Virus record (IMG/VR): IMGVR_UViG_3300029305_003178
Span: 96,001 to 160,000 of that record
From: a virus
Taxonomy: Duplodnaviria; Caudoviricetes
DNA: 64,000 nucleotides
Direction: 5' to 3' (one strand)
Positions 49,308 through 59,765 of this stretch are shown piece by piece (within the stretch, counting starts at the first letter, position 1; every line of letters begins with the position of its first letter). Both the position numbers and the translations under genes were made by a program. The notes beneath the pieces are model-generated. The model was given only the letters and a program-made list of their open reading frames with translations, was not told the DNA's origin and searched no databases.

Positions 49308-50009
49308 TCAATTATTTTTTATATATTTGTTTTGGGTATTTGTTGTAAAAACACTTATTTTTTTAAGCATTTCAATGTTAATTGCAAGGGATTGTGTAAA
49401 ATAGTTATATAAGTATAAATTTTTTACATACGTATTTAATGAATATGTTCTAATAATTAACGTGAATAGAGCATCCTGTATTACTGTAAGATTTTTCTTA
49501 ACTTGTATAACTACTTTATTTATAGTAATGTCTGTTTCTGTTAATGAATTTAATTTATCAATATTATTTTTAACAATGGTATGTAACATTATAAAATCAT
49601 CCAATAAAGCAGCTTTTTTATTAGCTTCTTCTGGATCTTCTTTAGTTTCTTCAGGTTGTTTTTCTTCTGGTGTTTCTTCTCCTACAGGACCATCTTCTGA
49701 TACTTCTTCTGTATCGACATCTTCAGTATAATCAGTAGATTCTTCATCTCCTGTAGTATCTTCTTCACCAGGATCATCTTCTGTATAATCGGTTGCTTCG
49801 CCCTCTTCACCTGTATCTTCTTCAGCAGTATCCTCATCAGTATTTACATCTTCTGAGTAGTCAGCAACCTCATCTTCATCTTCTGTGACATCTATCTCAA
49901 TAGCATCATCATCAGCTTCCATTACTGGACGAATATAACTATTAGATTTAGCCATAGATAATATCTGGAGCATATCCATTAAAACATCACTCCTCGTTGT
50001 TTTTTGCAT
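49308..50009 (-). CDS. acidic putative scaffold/head protein
   Basis: D/E-rich tract with repeated DY(S/T)ED; immediately upstream of the capsid gene; VMEA site. Confidence 0.6.
   Translation of the reverse strand: MQKTTRSDVLMDMLQILSMAKSNSYIRPVMEADDDAIEIDVTEDEDEVADYSEDVNTDEDTAEEDTGEEGEATDYTEDDPGEEDTTGDEESTDYTEDVDTEEVSEDGPVGEETPEEKQPEETKEDPEEANKKAALLDDFIMLHTIVKNNIDKLNSLTETDITINKVVIQVKKNLTVIQDALFTLIIRTYSLNTYVKNLYLYNYFTQSLAINIEMLKKISVFTTNTQNKYIKNN
49320..49331 (-). promoter_or_regulatory. late promoter AACA-N6-TA of the major capsid gene (representative of >=15 copies)
   Basis: AACA-AATATA-TA; same motif precedes chaperonin, protease, portal, sheath, neck and head genes. Confidence 0.75.
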
Positions 50010-50815
50010 TGTAGTTCTATAACACCATCATCCCAGTCACCTTCAATACTAACTTTACAATCTAATGACGAGATTCGTTTGTTAATATTACTCTCTAATT
50101 CCATTGCGGCTTTCCAGAAATATGTGTCAACAGTACTATCAGTTCTTGGATGAGTGGAATATTTATATAAATCCCAATCGAAAATCGGTGCCTCATTTTC
50201 CTCACCATTGTAAAAATCATTGAGTAAATCTTCATAATCTGATTTATCAATATTATGAATAGCACCATTTAATTTATATTTAGAATTAATTTTCTTTAAT
50301 TCTTCTTTAGATATATTAAGTACCTGCGTATATAATTTTTTACGAGAATTCGTATCTGTAGTATTATCATTGATCACAATATTAATACCATATGACTTAG
50401 CCATATCTAATAAAGATTTATTAGAAATTAATCTTGTTTTTACTATGTTGCTTATATTGACAGAATCTCCATACTTTCCAGGTTTACTTATTTTCATACA
50501 AGTCAATTCATATAGATAAACTTCTTTATTTAGCTTATCTTTATTTTTAGAATTTACCAGTATGGATCCTTGACCATCTATAATATTAGTCTGGTACTTA
50601 CCCATCCTCTCAGCCTTACCATTTGGTCCATCATACTTACTACCAACTTTAGATAAAACTGCATGTTTTGGATTGTTATATACAAAAACATAAGATTTTT
50701 TCTTATTTATATCAATCTTATTATAACTACAGGTATAAACTTTTACAGGAAATAAACCTTCTACTATTGGTGAAGTATTACTCTTACTATATGATATAAT
50801 ATCTATAATATTCAT
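49979..50815 (-). CDS. hypothetical protein in head operon
   Basis: 278-aa ORF with GGTGGTG RBS; IVEG site near the N-terminus. Confidence 0.7.
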   Translation of the reverse strand: MNIIDIISYSKSNTSPIVEGLFPVKVYTCSYNKIDINKKKSYVFVYNNPKHAVLSKVGSKYDGPNGKAERMGKYQTNIIDGQGSILVNSKNKDKLNKEVYLYELTCMKISKPGKYGDSVNISNIVKTRLISNKSLLDMAKSYGINIVINDNTTDTNSRKKLYTQVLNISKEELKKINSKYKLNGAIHNIDKSDYEDLLNDFYNGEENEAPIFDWDLYKYSTHPRTDSTVDTYFWKAAMELESNINKRISSLDCKVSIEGDWDDGVIELQCKKQRGVMF

Positions 50816-50829
50816 AATATCACCACCAA

Positions 50830-52983
50830 TTAGTTATCAACACCATGTTTGATGCGTTCAATTTCTAATTCAAGTTTCTGCTTAGTACGCATCAACTGAT
50901 ATTTCTTTTCTTTATCATCGGAACCTCTAGCATCTTCAATCTTTTCATTAACGATTGTCAATTCAGATTCTAATTCATTAAGAATTTTTCTTCTTTCTTT
51001 AGCATCCAGACGTTTATCCTTAGCTATCATAGCATACATACCGATCAATGTCAGTAATGGAGCAATAATAGCAGCACCACCAAGTCCAGCTTTAATAAGA
51101 GTACCACCAGCAATAATAGCAATACCTCTAGTGATTAATCTAGAAATTTTTAATCTAAAACCACCAGTAATAATCTTTTCTCTTCTCTCATTTTTATCCA
51201 TTCGTTTAATATCATTAACAACTCTATTAACCATATTAAAGAAAGGCTGAGGAATTCTTTTAATAGCTGTAGTGGTACGTTTAATCTTAGAACCAGGTCT
51301 ACTAATACCATTAGTAGCTTTTCTAACAACTTTTTCAGCTCTAGCAGCTTTACCTGCAACAGTTTCTTCGACTATTTCAAAATGTGTATTGATATAATTT
51401 TCAAGTCTAGTTAATTTTTCGATATCTTCAAAATCTAAATCTCCTTCTTTGAAAATCATATCTGTAATCATTGTTTCAATATCGCTATAATCTGGATCAT
51501 AGTCATAAATTTCAGACGCAGGTCTATCTTCATGAATAATATCAGGTTGCATATCAGCAATACTTTCCATAGATTCAGATACACTATTTAAATATTTTCT
51601 AGCAGCGTTAATATTATCCATAGAAATATAATCTTTTGGCTTATATGATGGATTTTTGTCCATAACTATTCTAACCTGATTGTCTACAACATCTGTAAAA
51701 TATCTACAATTTAACTGAGATTTAGTCCCTGCTATATTTTTGGATGGTATATGATCATATGAGCACATTAAAAATACTAAATCATTATCAGTATAATTAG
51801 ACATTTTTTTAGGTATACTGTATTCAGTATTAAATCTGCTACAATCCAATACCATATACGAATTTGGAACCCTATTAAAGTTATTCATGAATATTTTATT
51901 TAACATATTGGCAACATCTTCAGATTCATCTTTTTCTATTAACCATGTTAAATACCAATTAGTATAAGCTTTTTTACAATCTGCAGCAGTTATTTTTGCT
52001 TTCGGTATATTTACGTTTTTTGAATTGGCTTTCTCTGCAGAATTTGCTTTACCTGTAAAGAAATTAATTAATTTTTTAGAAATTATTCCTTCCATTATCA
52101 TAGATGATTCGTTCACATATGCTTTAGTCATTCTAGAATTAGCTTCATTAATAGCAATATTGAATTTTCTCATATAGATTTTAACCAATCTATGTTTTGG
52201 ATATTCACCGCTAGCTAATGCTTTAGTTGCGTATCGCATTTCAATGTCAAGAACTTTTTTAAATGCTTTAAATTCATGTGGTTCACATTTATTATCAATC
52301 ATTTTATTAACCATAATAACAGGAAGATCTGTTATAAGATTAATAACATCCATTGGAGGATCATGTTTAAGTGCTTTTGCAAATTCTGTATTAGCTCTAA
52401 GTAAATCAGAATAATCTGAGAAATACTCTCTTTTATTATCCATTTTAACACGTCTAACTAACTCTTCATATTCAAAAATTGACTCTGGATCATGATTTAC
52501 ATTATAAATCAAAACATCCAATTCATCAGCGATATTAGACTCTGTGATGAATAATTTTTTCATATTGGATTTAGCAAACATGAAATGTGTTTCTTCTCTC
52601 AGATATTCTAATGATTCTTTATAACTTAACTGTTCGTTTACTGTAGTTAATAGTGATTCTAAATTAACTACATAGTCATTATCATCATCAATCATATTTT
52701 CAATTAATGATTTACAATCAGTTAATATATCTGCATCAAATCTATATGATTCCAACATGGATTTTGCATAGTCTGTTGTATCCATTGGAAGAGATATCAA
52801 CATATCAAAATTTTCAGCAATATAATTCCATGGTTGTGATTTAAATGTCTGCAAGAATTTAGCACACTCTATGGATGATGGATTATTAGTAATTTCAGTA
52901 TGCTTATTACTAAGAATAGTATCAACATCCATAGCAGCTTTTTTCTGTTTAGCTGCAAATATTCTATCTCTATTGATTTGCAT
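50830..52983 (-). CDS. putative internal head/ejection protein
   Basis: Late promoter 53016-53027; multiple x-E-S sites; C-terminal hydrophobic Gly/Ala segment followed by coiled coil. Confidence 0.55.
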   Translation of the reverse strand: MQINRDRIFAAKQKKAAMDVDTILSNKHTEITNNPSSIECAKFLQTFKSQPWNYIAENFDMLISLPMDTTDYAKSMLESYRFDADILTDCKSLIENMIDDDNDYVVNLESLLTTVNEQLSYKESLEYLREETHFMFAKSNMKKLFITESNIADELDVLIYNVNHDPESIFEYEELVRRVKMDNKREYFSDYSDLLRANTEFAKALKHDPPMDVINLITDLPVIMVNKMIDNKCEPHEFKAFKKVLDIEMRYATKALASGEYPKHRLVKIYMRKFNIAINEANSRMTKAYVNESSMIMEGIISKKLINFFTGKANSAEKANSKNVNIPKAKITAADCKKAYTNWYLTWLIEKDESEDVANMLNKIFMNNFNRVPNSYMVLDCSRFNTEYSIPKKMSNYTDNDLVFLMCSYDHIPSKNIAGTKSQLNCRYFTDVVDNQVRIVMDKNPSYKPKDYISMDNINAARKYLNSVSESMESIADMQPDIIHEDRPASEIYDYDPDYSDIETMITDMIFKEGDLDFEDIEKLTRLENYINTHFEIVEETVAGKAARAEKVVRKATNGISRPGSKIKRTTTAIKRIPQPFFNMVNRVVNDIKRMDKNERREKIITGGFRLKISRLITRGIAIIAGGTLIKAGLGGAAIIAPLLTLIGMYAMIAKDKRLDAKERRKILNELESELTIVNEKIEDARGSDDKEKKYQLMRTKQKLELEIERIKHGVDN

Positions 52984-53095
52984 TAAAATCACAGCTCCTT
53001 TCTTCATTATTATATTAAAATAATGTTTTTAATAGGAAAAATCACATTCAAATAAAAAGAGAATAGACTAAATTAATAGTCTATTCTCAATTATT

Positions 53096-55024
53096 TTATT
53101 TATTTTTAGACATATTGGCTTTGCATCTTGCAATATTTTTGTCTGTCTGTCGTATCAGTTTTCTAACGTCATTCTTAGCTGCTTCACGTGGTACATCTTT
53201 ACCAACTAATTTATTGCCAGTAATTTTTGAACTGATTTCAGCACCTGCAGGAATACCTCCAATATATGCTACAGCTACTGGAAGTCCTGCAGCTCCTGTA
53301 ATAAATGCTTGTGCCAGTCCTGCTACTATTAATGCATAATCTTTCCAGTTTTTATCAGGAATATTATTAGCATCTTTTAATAACTCATTAAGAATATCTC
53401 TAGCTTCTTCATATTTAATAATAGCTTCTTTATATCTACCTTTGCGTTCTAATGATACAGCTTGAGAATTAGCTTTTATAACTTTTGCTCTTTTTGTACT
53501 GAATACGTTTTTATTATATGCCATTAATGCAGATTTTGATTCCGTTACTTGCATTTTTTGCCTGGCACCTTTATTCAGTAAAGATTCTGTTAACTTCTTG
53601 ATGTTATTATAACTATAATTTTCTAATTTAATAGTATATAATGTTTCCATCAATGTATATTTAGCAACTGTTTCTGCAAATACTCTATCCATATCTAAAG
53701 ATAAAGATTCTTTAGAAGCATGACGACGATTATGTCTCATTGCTGCGTCTGCGGCAGTTCTATAATCAGTATATTTATCCCTGCTACTATCATGCATCAT
53801 TTTATGTGCGGAAGCTATCCCTTTATATTTATGATACATATCAGCACTATTCTTAGATGTACCTATATTATTTGGATTTCTTCTATCATCTCTTTCGCGG
53901 CTTGCATTATGACTATCTTTCGCCTCTTTAGCTTTTCTAGCTTTATAAGCATCAGCCTGCTCACCTTCTAAGATTTCATCATATTCTTCCTGCAAATATA
54001 ATTCATCATTAATTGTCTGATCATATTCTGCATCAGCAACATTAAAATCGTTATCATCGTCGTCATCGCATTCAGAATCAATAAGCTCATCTTCTGTGAA
54101 ATTAACATCATAAGACATATTAAATTCATCTTCTTTAGCCATTTCATCTTCATGTGTAGAACCGATAGCAACATTTTCCATTAAAAATTCTTCATAAGTA
54201 TCTCTCATTAAAGAATTAAATAATGTTGATTCCTCAATAGGAAGTTTATTTAAAACGATTCTAGCATATGCTTCATCTAATTTAGCATTATCTGTTACAT
54301 TTTCATCTTCGATCAGTTCAGACTCAATATCTTCAATTAATTCAGATTCTTTTGTCTGTCTTTCTTTTTCATCTCTAATAACTGTGATTACTTTATCTTT
54401 AACCAGTTCAGAAATTCTATCGATATCTAATTCTGTTTTCTTTTTATTAAAGATATCATAATCTTCATCAGATAACTCAAAATTTAAAGAAGATTTATCA
54501 TCACATTCTTTAAGCTTTTTGTTGCAAGCTTCTCTAGCAACGATGTCGCAGCAAGCTTTAACTTCTTTTAAGAATCTAGAATTAGTTTTTTCAATAGCTG
54601 ATTCTAACAGTTTATAACCACCATTAGCATCAATATATTCATCAACTGTTTTTCTGATATTATTTTCAACAGTAACTAAGAATTTTTTATCTAAAGGAAT
54701 AGCATTGTAATATGTTTCAAATACAATGTCTTTAAATAATTTAAGTTTCATATCAGCAAACCAATGATTTACACTAAGAGTTTTCTTAGTATCACATAAG
54801 GATGCCTCAACAACAGCCTGAGCTCTTCTCTGCTGCTGATAATGTTTTTCGAGCTGCTCTTCTTCCTGTGCTTCTAATTCAGCGCTTTCTTTAAGAGCAA
54901 TTTTATTTAATGCCTGATTTGCTAAAGTAGCATCTGACATAGCATCAATTACTCTATATTCTCTTTTAGAAAAAGAGTAAGATTCTACTCTACTTTCAGC
55001 ATTTCTAAATATATTCTCATTCAT
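53096..55024 (-). CDS. putative internal head protein (modular)
   Basis: Late promoter 55050-55061; acidic tract, basic ILEGEQA..RH.RRH module, C-terminal hydrophobic segment after VTES. Confidence 0.55.
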   Translation of the reverse strand: MNENIFRNAESRVESYSFSKREYRVIDAMSDATLANQALNKIALKESAELEAQEEEQLEKHYQQQRRAQAVVEASLCDTKKTLSVNHWFADMKLKLFKDIVFETYYNAIPLDKKFLVTVENNIRKTVDEYIDANGGYKLLESAIEKTNSRFLKEVKACCDIVAREACNKKLKECDDKSSLNFELSDEDYDIFNKKKTELDIDRISELVKDKVITVIRDEKERQTKESELIEDIESELIEDENVTDNAKLDEAYARIVLNKLPIEESTLFNSLMRDTYEEFLMENVAIGSTHEDEMAKEDEFNMSYDVNFTEDELIDSECDDDDDNDFNVADAEYDQTINDELYLQEEYDEILEGEQADAYKARKAKEAKDSHNASRERDDRRNPNNIGTSKNSADMYHKYKGIASAHKMMHDSSRDKYTDYRTAADAAMRHNRRHASKESLSLDMDRVFAETVAKYTLMETLYTIKLENYSYNNIKKLTESLLNKGARQKMQVTESKSALMAYNKNVFSTKRAKVIKANSQAVSLERKGRYKEAIIKYEEARDILNELLKDANNIPDKNWKDYALIVAGLAQAFITGAAGLPVAVAYIGGIPAGAEISSKITGNKLVGKDVPREAAKNDVRKLIRQTDKNIARCKANMSKNK

Positions 55025-55062
55025 TAGAATTGCCTCCTTTATTAGTTATTATCTTAATGTTT

Positions 55063-57774
55063 TTATATGCTATCAATGATAATATCGGATGTACCAATAG
55101 TTAAATACTCTGGTACATAATTTATTCTTTCTTCTTTTGTGAGAAGATCAAGATTTACAGTTCTATTATCAATTACCTGTATTGATGAGTCGTAGTCATT
55201 AATACTAATAAACTTCATATAACTTAAGTCTGCAAATTTATTTTCAAGTGCCTGAATAAGGTTAGAGATATAAATACTATTATTACCAGAACTCATATTA
55301 ACAGATTCAATATAATCTTTAATGAAGATTCTAATATCTCTAAATAAATCTTCTTCAATAGTACCATATACAGATTTAACCTGAATATGAAGCTTAACAT
55401 TTACCTTATCAAGTAACATTGCACCATCATCACCAATAGTAAAGTTTTTAGATCTGCCATAAGTATTAACAAACTTAAGATCCATTGAGAAGTTATTTGT
55501 TAATTTATGAATAATATCCTTTGCTTTAGTATACTGCTTTTTAAACATAGTATAGAATTCTTTAGTCAATTCTGGTGTCTCAACTATGTCTAATGCAATA
55601 AGAGGGTAGGATTGTACTTTAGTATAGTAATCATTATAAATTTCACCAGTTTCTTCATCAATTTCTAAATCACCTTTAGGAAGATAACAAGTAGTGCTTC
55701 TCATTAACTGTAAAGGTAAAATTAATGTAACTGGGAATGTTTTTGTACTGTATGTGTTAGTATGTGTGTAGTTTTCATTAGACTCATCATATCTATAATA
55801 AGTATAAATATTAAATACACATTCATCCATAGGAATAAGTTTAGATGGTAACTCTTCCCCAGTTTCAGTACTAATAAAGTTAGTAATTTTCATTTTACTA
55901 GCTCTAGTAATAGTATCGTCTGTATGAAGTTTACCTACAAATGTATATGTATTTTCATCCAAATTCCAAGAATCCAATGACAGCTCAATATATGCTGTAT
56001 CAGTTCCACCTTCTTCAACAGCAAGTCTAACTTTAAGATTATTATGTACAGTAATTGTAGTTTCTCCTGTTAAATCATCTGTGATTTCAGATACGATTGG
56101 TGTTTCTAATGTATCTATAGTTGGAGTAACAACAACTGTTACAGTATAATCATCTTCACCCATAATTGCATTTCTTTCAATATGAATTGTATTACAGATA
56201 AACTGCACCAATGACATCTCATTAACATAAGTATAGTCTAATACATATTTTTCATCTACCGTATTAAGATAGTATCCGATTATTGCAGGACTCTTAGAAA
56301 AATAAATTAAAAATGGATTCACATATTTAAATTCATCATCTAATGCCCTCGCCGTCTCTATCGTTTCATCACACAGCATAACAGCATTATCAAGAGAATC
56401 CCCATCATATGTATAAATATGACCAGGTTTTATAATATAAGTATTAGACTGTGTTAATTCAAGATCATAGTCATCTTTATCGTGATTTACGATTAATGTA
56501 TTTGTATGATAAATATCACCAAGACTATTTTTACATAAGAAAAATAATGTAAATAATCGTTCAAATATATCATCACGTTTTTTAATTACAATAATATTAC
56601 AATCACTATTAGGTGAATTAATATATGTAAAATACTGCTGTAAGTCATTTTCGATTGTAAATGAATCCACAGTTGAAAAATTCTTAATAATTATCTGCTG
56701 TAATTCAGATAATGATAATTCATTGGCACCATTAGAAGATCCACTAACTGGGAAACCAATAATAGTGATACTTGTATTGTATTCATAAGTTTCTGAAGTT
56801 GTTGTAATAACAACATCATTACCTGTATACTCTGGGAAGTTACCAGCATCACCAGTTGTTGTATAATATTCTATTCTAATATCTGAATTGTACTTTGGCT
56901 GGAAATAATTATCTCTTGTACTAAATGAGATAATTAATCTTTTGTCATCAGTTCTCTTATAATAGTAAAATGGTATTTTTAATGGTGATGTACCCGACAT
57001 TCTAGCTTCCATCTGTGTATAATTTATATCACCAGGGGCTTTATAGAATACATTGATACCTGCTAACTTATCATCAAATTCAATCTCAAATGTAGAAGCA
57101 TTGATACTATCATTAGTAATAATAGTTTCTTCTAAATAAAATTTAGTAACCTGATGACATTTAACTCTAAGTATTAAATATTTTATACCTTCATATACAA
57201 TTCTTTTAGTTACTATATAAGGATTAATAATATCACTAATAGAATTTTTATATACTGAACCCAATCTGTTAGTGCTAAATCTAGCTGTAAAGATATAATC
57301 ATCTTTATAAGGTCTATAATTGATTTTGATATCATAGTCTGGCATAAACTGCTTATCTTCTACATTTATAATAGTTTCAGAGTCTACGATAAATTCATAC
57401 AGATTATCAGAAATTGTAGATGCTGTATTAACTTCTTTTACTCTAGTACCATACTTAATAATTTCATCTTCCGGAATAAGTATAGCCATTTCACAGTCTG
57501 CAGCTGTACCAAATGATGTATTTAACTGAAATAATGAGCCCCAGTTATAGATAGTCTCTGGCAATACTGCAAGATGTGGAAACATTTCATTTATGTAGGT
57601 TGTTGTTGTATTAAAAGAGTCTTCGATTGTATTACCGATTAACTCTGTTGTATACCCCAATAAACCTATATCTAAATCATTAACTTCATCTTTATTAAAG
57701 TATTTTGGAGCTAATTCATTTATAGCAAAATCCTTTATACTATATAAGCTAGTATAATTTCTTGTTATAGCCAT
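55063..57774 (-). CDS. baseplate wedge protein (T4 gp6-like)
   Basis: IEYYTTTGDAGN, SSNGANELSLSELQ..I, TIENDLQQYF patterns of gp6/baseplate-J family; 903 aa. Confidence 0.65.
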   Translation of the reverse strand: MAITRNYTSLYSIKDFAINELAPKYFNKDEVNDLDIGLLGYTTELIGNTIEDSFNTTTTYINEMFPHLAVLPETIYNWGSLFQLNTSFGTAADCEMAILIPEDEIIKYGTRVKEVNTASTISDNLYEFIVDSETIINVEDKQFMPDYDIKINYRPYKDDYIFTARFSTNRLGSVYKNSISDIINPYIVTKRIVYEGIKYLILRVKCHQVTKFYLEETIITNDSINASTFEIEFDDKLAGINVFYKAPGDINYTQMEARMSGTSPLKIPFYYYKRTDDKRLIISFSTRDNYFQPKYNSDIRIEYYTTTGDAGNFPEYTGNDVVITTTSETYEYNTSITIIGFPVSGSSNGANELSLSELQQIIIKNFSTVDSFTIENDLQQYFTYINSPNSDCNIIVIKKRDDIFERLFTLFFLCKNSLGDIYHTNTLIVNHDKDDYDLELTQSNTYIIKPGHIYTYDGDSLDNAVMLCDETIETARALDDEFKYVNPFLIYFSKSPAIIGYYLNTVDEKYVLDYTYVNEMSLVQFICNTIHIERNAIMGEDDYTVTVVVTPTIDTLETPIVSEITDDLTGETTITVHNNLKVRLAVEEGGTDTAYIELSLDSWNLDENTYTFVGKLHTDDTITRASKMKITNFISTETGEELPSKLIPMDECVFNIYTYYRYDESNENYTHTNTYSTKTFPVTLILPLQLMRSTTCYLPKGDLEIDEETGEIYNDYYTKVQSYPLIALDIVETPELTKEFYTMFKKQYTKAKDIIHKLTNNFSMDLKFVNTYGRSKNFTIGDDGAMLLDKVNVKLHIQVKSVYGTIEEDLFRDIRIFIKDYIESVNMSSGNNSIYISNLIQALENKFADLSYMKFISINDYDSSIQVIDNRTVNLDLLTKEERINYVPEYLTIGTSDIIIDSI

Positions 57775-57792
57775 TTAATTTACCCCCTAAAT

Positions 57793-59235
57793 TTATTTTC
57801 TATATCGTAATTTAAAAACATATGATCCAGAAGAATCTACAACAGTTTCAACAAATGGTGCATTTGTAAACGTTCTGCCAGTTGAAACTAGTTCTGGGTC
57901 ATATGTCTTAACATATGTTTTAGATTTTGAACTACCTGAATTCATATTAAATTCAGCTAATGTAACTGGATTGAAATCTTCTTTATAACCATATGCATAA
58001 GTTATATCTAAATCTGGCATTTTTAATACATCACCAGATGTCCAAGATGATGCAGAAGAAGGAGTATTTACTGGAAATACACCTGTATATTTAGACCAGA
58101 ATAATATGGTCTCACCATCTTCAGCACACAAGAAATAGTATACCGAACAAGCGTAGTCCAATATTCTTTCTCTGACATATATATTCTTTGGAGATATAAT
58201 ACCCCTATACACTTTTGAAATATAATCTATCCATGCTTTATGAATCTTATATACTCTATATTCATTATCATCAATATATCGTACAGAAAATTCACCTGCT
58301 GTCATAGATTCAATATTACTCATACCATATTTTAATTTATGACCAGTTAATGACTGAACTGTTTCATCGGTTTTTAATTCTTCATCTTTTAATTGGAATG
58401 ATCTAGCCATATTTGATAAAAATGGGTTTAAATCATGATTTCCACTAAATCCACTAGTGAGAGATTTTAATAACTGTGGATTATCATTATGAAGATAATA
58501 ATAAACAGGGTCATTAGATACTGCAGAAGATAATTTATAATGCCCTGACCCACCTGTATCATAAAGATTTAAATCTGGTCTTGTAAAAAATACATGTGCA
58601 AAAGATTTAGATAATTGAATGTCTGGAAATGCTATTTTAAATCTATTAAATTTATTAACCATATCAGATTTAATATCATTTAATTTACTAGCGGTTGTAA
58701 CTATATTTAAGTTACTCTCAATTATCTTCATATCATTTAATATGTCATTACCATAATTATTATAATAATCAGTTCTTTTATATGTGGTATATTTACCAGA
58801 TATTTTTTCTGCAGTATTAACCCCTCTAGCATTTTTTATAGCACTAGAACTAACTGCATTTGTGAATGTTATATTAGAACCTGGATCACTTGTATCGGGT
58901 ATAGTGATATAAACAGGTCCTTTACTAACTTCTTCTACATTATTAGGAACCTTGGCTTCTTCCTCTTCTATTAATTTTACTGATGTGAAGCAATTTAAAC
59001 TTTTACTTATACAAACGTACCCACTAGGAACACCATATAGCTGAGGATCCAATAATCTATAGTAACTGTTTGTACCACCATCACTAGCATCACAATAGAA
59101 GGTTTTACCATCTGGGCAATTTCTCATATATAAAACACCTAATATAGGTGCAGTACTTGACATCCCACTTCTAACAAATGAACCTGTATTATCACCATTT
59201 ACACGTTTAAATACACATTCATATTTCTTAGCCAT
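57793..59235 (-). CDS. putative tail-tube initiator/baseplate structural protein
   Basis: FFTRPDLNL, FSVRY..HKAWIDYI, KYTGVFPVN tube-fold-like patterns; late promoter 59275-59286. Confidence 0.5.
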   Translation of the reverse strand: MAKKYECVFKRVNGDNTGSFVRSGMSSTAPILGVLYMRNCPDGKTFYCDASDGGTNSYYRLLDPQLYGVPSGYVCISKSLNCFTSVKLIEEEEAKVPNNVEEVSKGPVYITIPDTSDPGSNITFTNAVSSSAIKNARGVNTAEKISGKYTTYKRTDYYNNYGNDILNDMKIIESNLNIVTTASKLNDIKSDMVNKFNRFKIAFPDIQLSKSFAHVFFTRPDLNLYDTGGSGHYKLSSAVSNDPVYYYLHNDNPQLLKSLTSGFSGNHDLNPFLSNMARSFQLKDEELKTDETVQSLTGHKLKYGMSNIESMTAGEFSVRYIDDNEYRVYKIHKAWIDYISKVYRGIISPKNIYVRERILDYACSVYYFLCAEDGETILFWSKYTGVFPVNTPSSASSWTSGDVLKMPDLDITYAYGYKEDFNPVTLAEFNMNSGSSKSKTYVKTYDPELVSTGRTFTNAPFVETVVDSSGSYVFKLRYRK

Positions 59236-59505
59236 GCGATCACACCCCTTTCTTATTTATTGGGTTTTTGTAGTTATATATTTGTTTCTGAGGGTATTTT
59301 ATAAAGAAAAATAAATATATATTATATATTCGAAATGTCGTTAGAATAAAAATGATATTTCATCTGAGAATTCATGACTGTCCCAATACTTTATTACTAT
59401 GAATATATTAAATAGAAGAAGTCTCCCGCAATTTGTTGTTATCCAGAAAACAGAATTTTAACTAAGCAGCTTTGTGGATTATACATTGATAAGGAGTGAC
59501 TTCTT

Positions 59506-59679
59506 ATGGTTGATAGTGTAATTAATTTTATAGATAATACATTGGACGGAATGTCTTTTGTTGCAAATATACTTTGTGATATTGAACAGTATGAGCAAAA
59601 TAATATAGGTGTTAGTCTTACAGATAGAGTTGTAGACTTATCCTTAGTAGCAATGTCGATAGGTAAAAAGAGTCGATAG
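59506..59679 (+). CDS. small hypothetical protein (57 aa) with long 5' leader
   Basis: Read manually: AAGGAG RBS, MVDSVINFIDNTLDGMSFVANILCDIEQYEQ...; early promoter 59316-59325. Confidence 0.6.
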   Translation: MVDSVINFIDNTLDGMSFVANILCDIEQYEQNNIGVSLTDRVVDLSLVAMSIGKKSR

Positions 59680-59765
59680 TGTTGAATTTCTCGGATGTAA
59701 TATTTTTTTTCTCTGTTAAACATATTAATAAGTATTTGAAAATTAAATAGAAAGGTGATGATTTT

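Noticed and set aside
59439-59723. 94-aa minus-strand ORF
   Set aside because: No RBS; overlaps a better-supported plus-strand 57-aa ORF with AAGGAG RBS and upstream promoter
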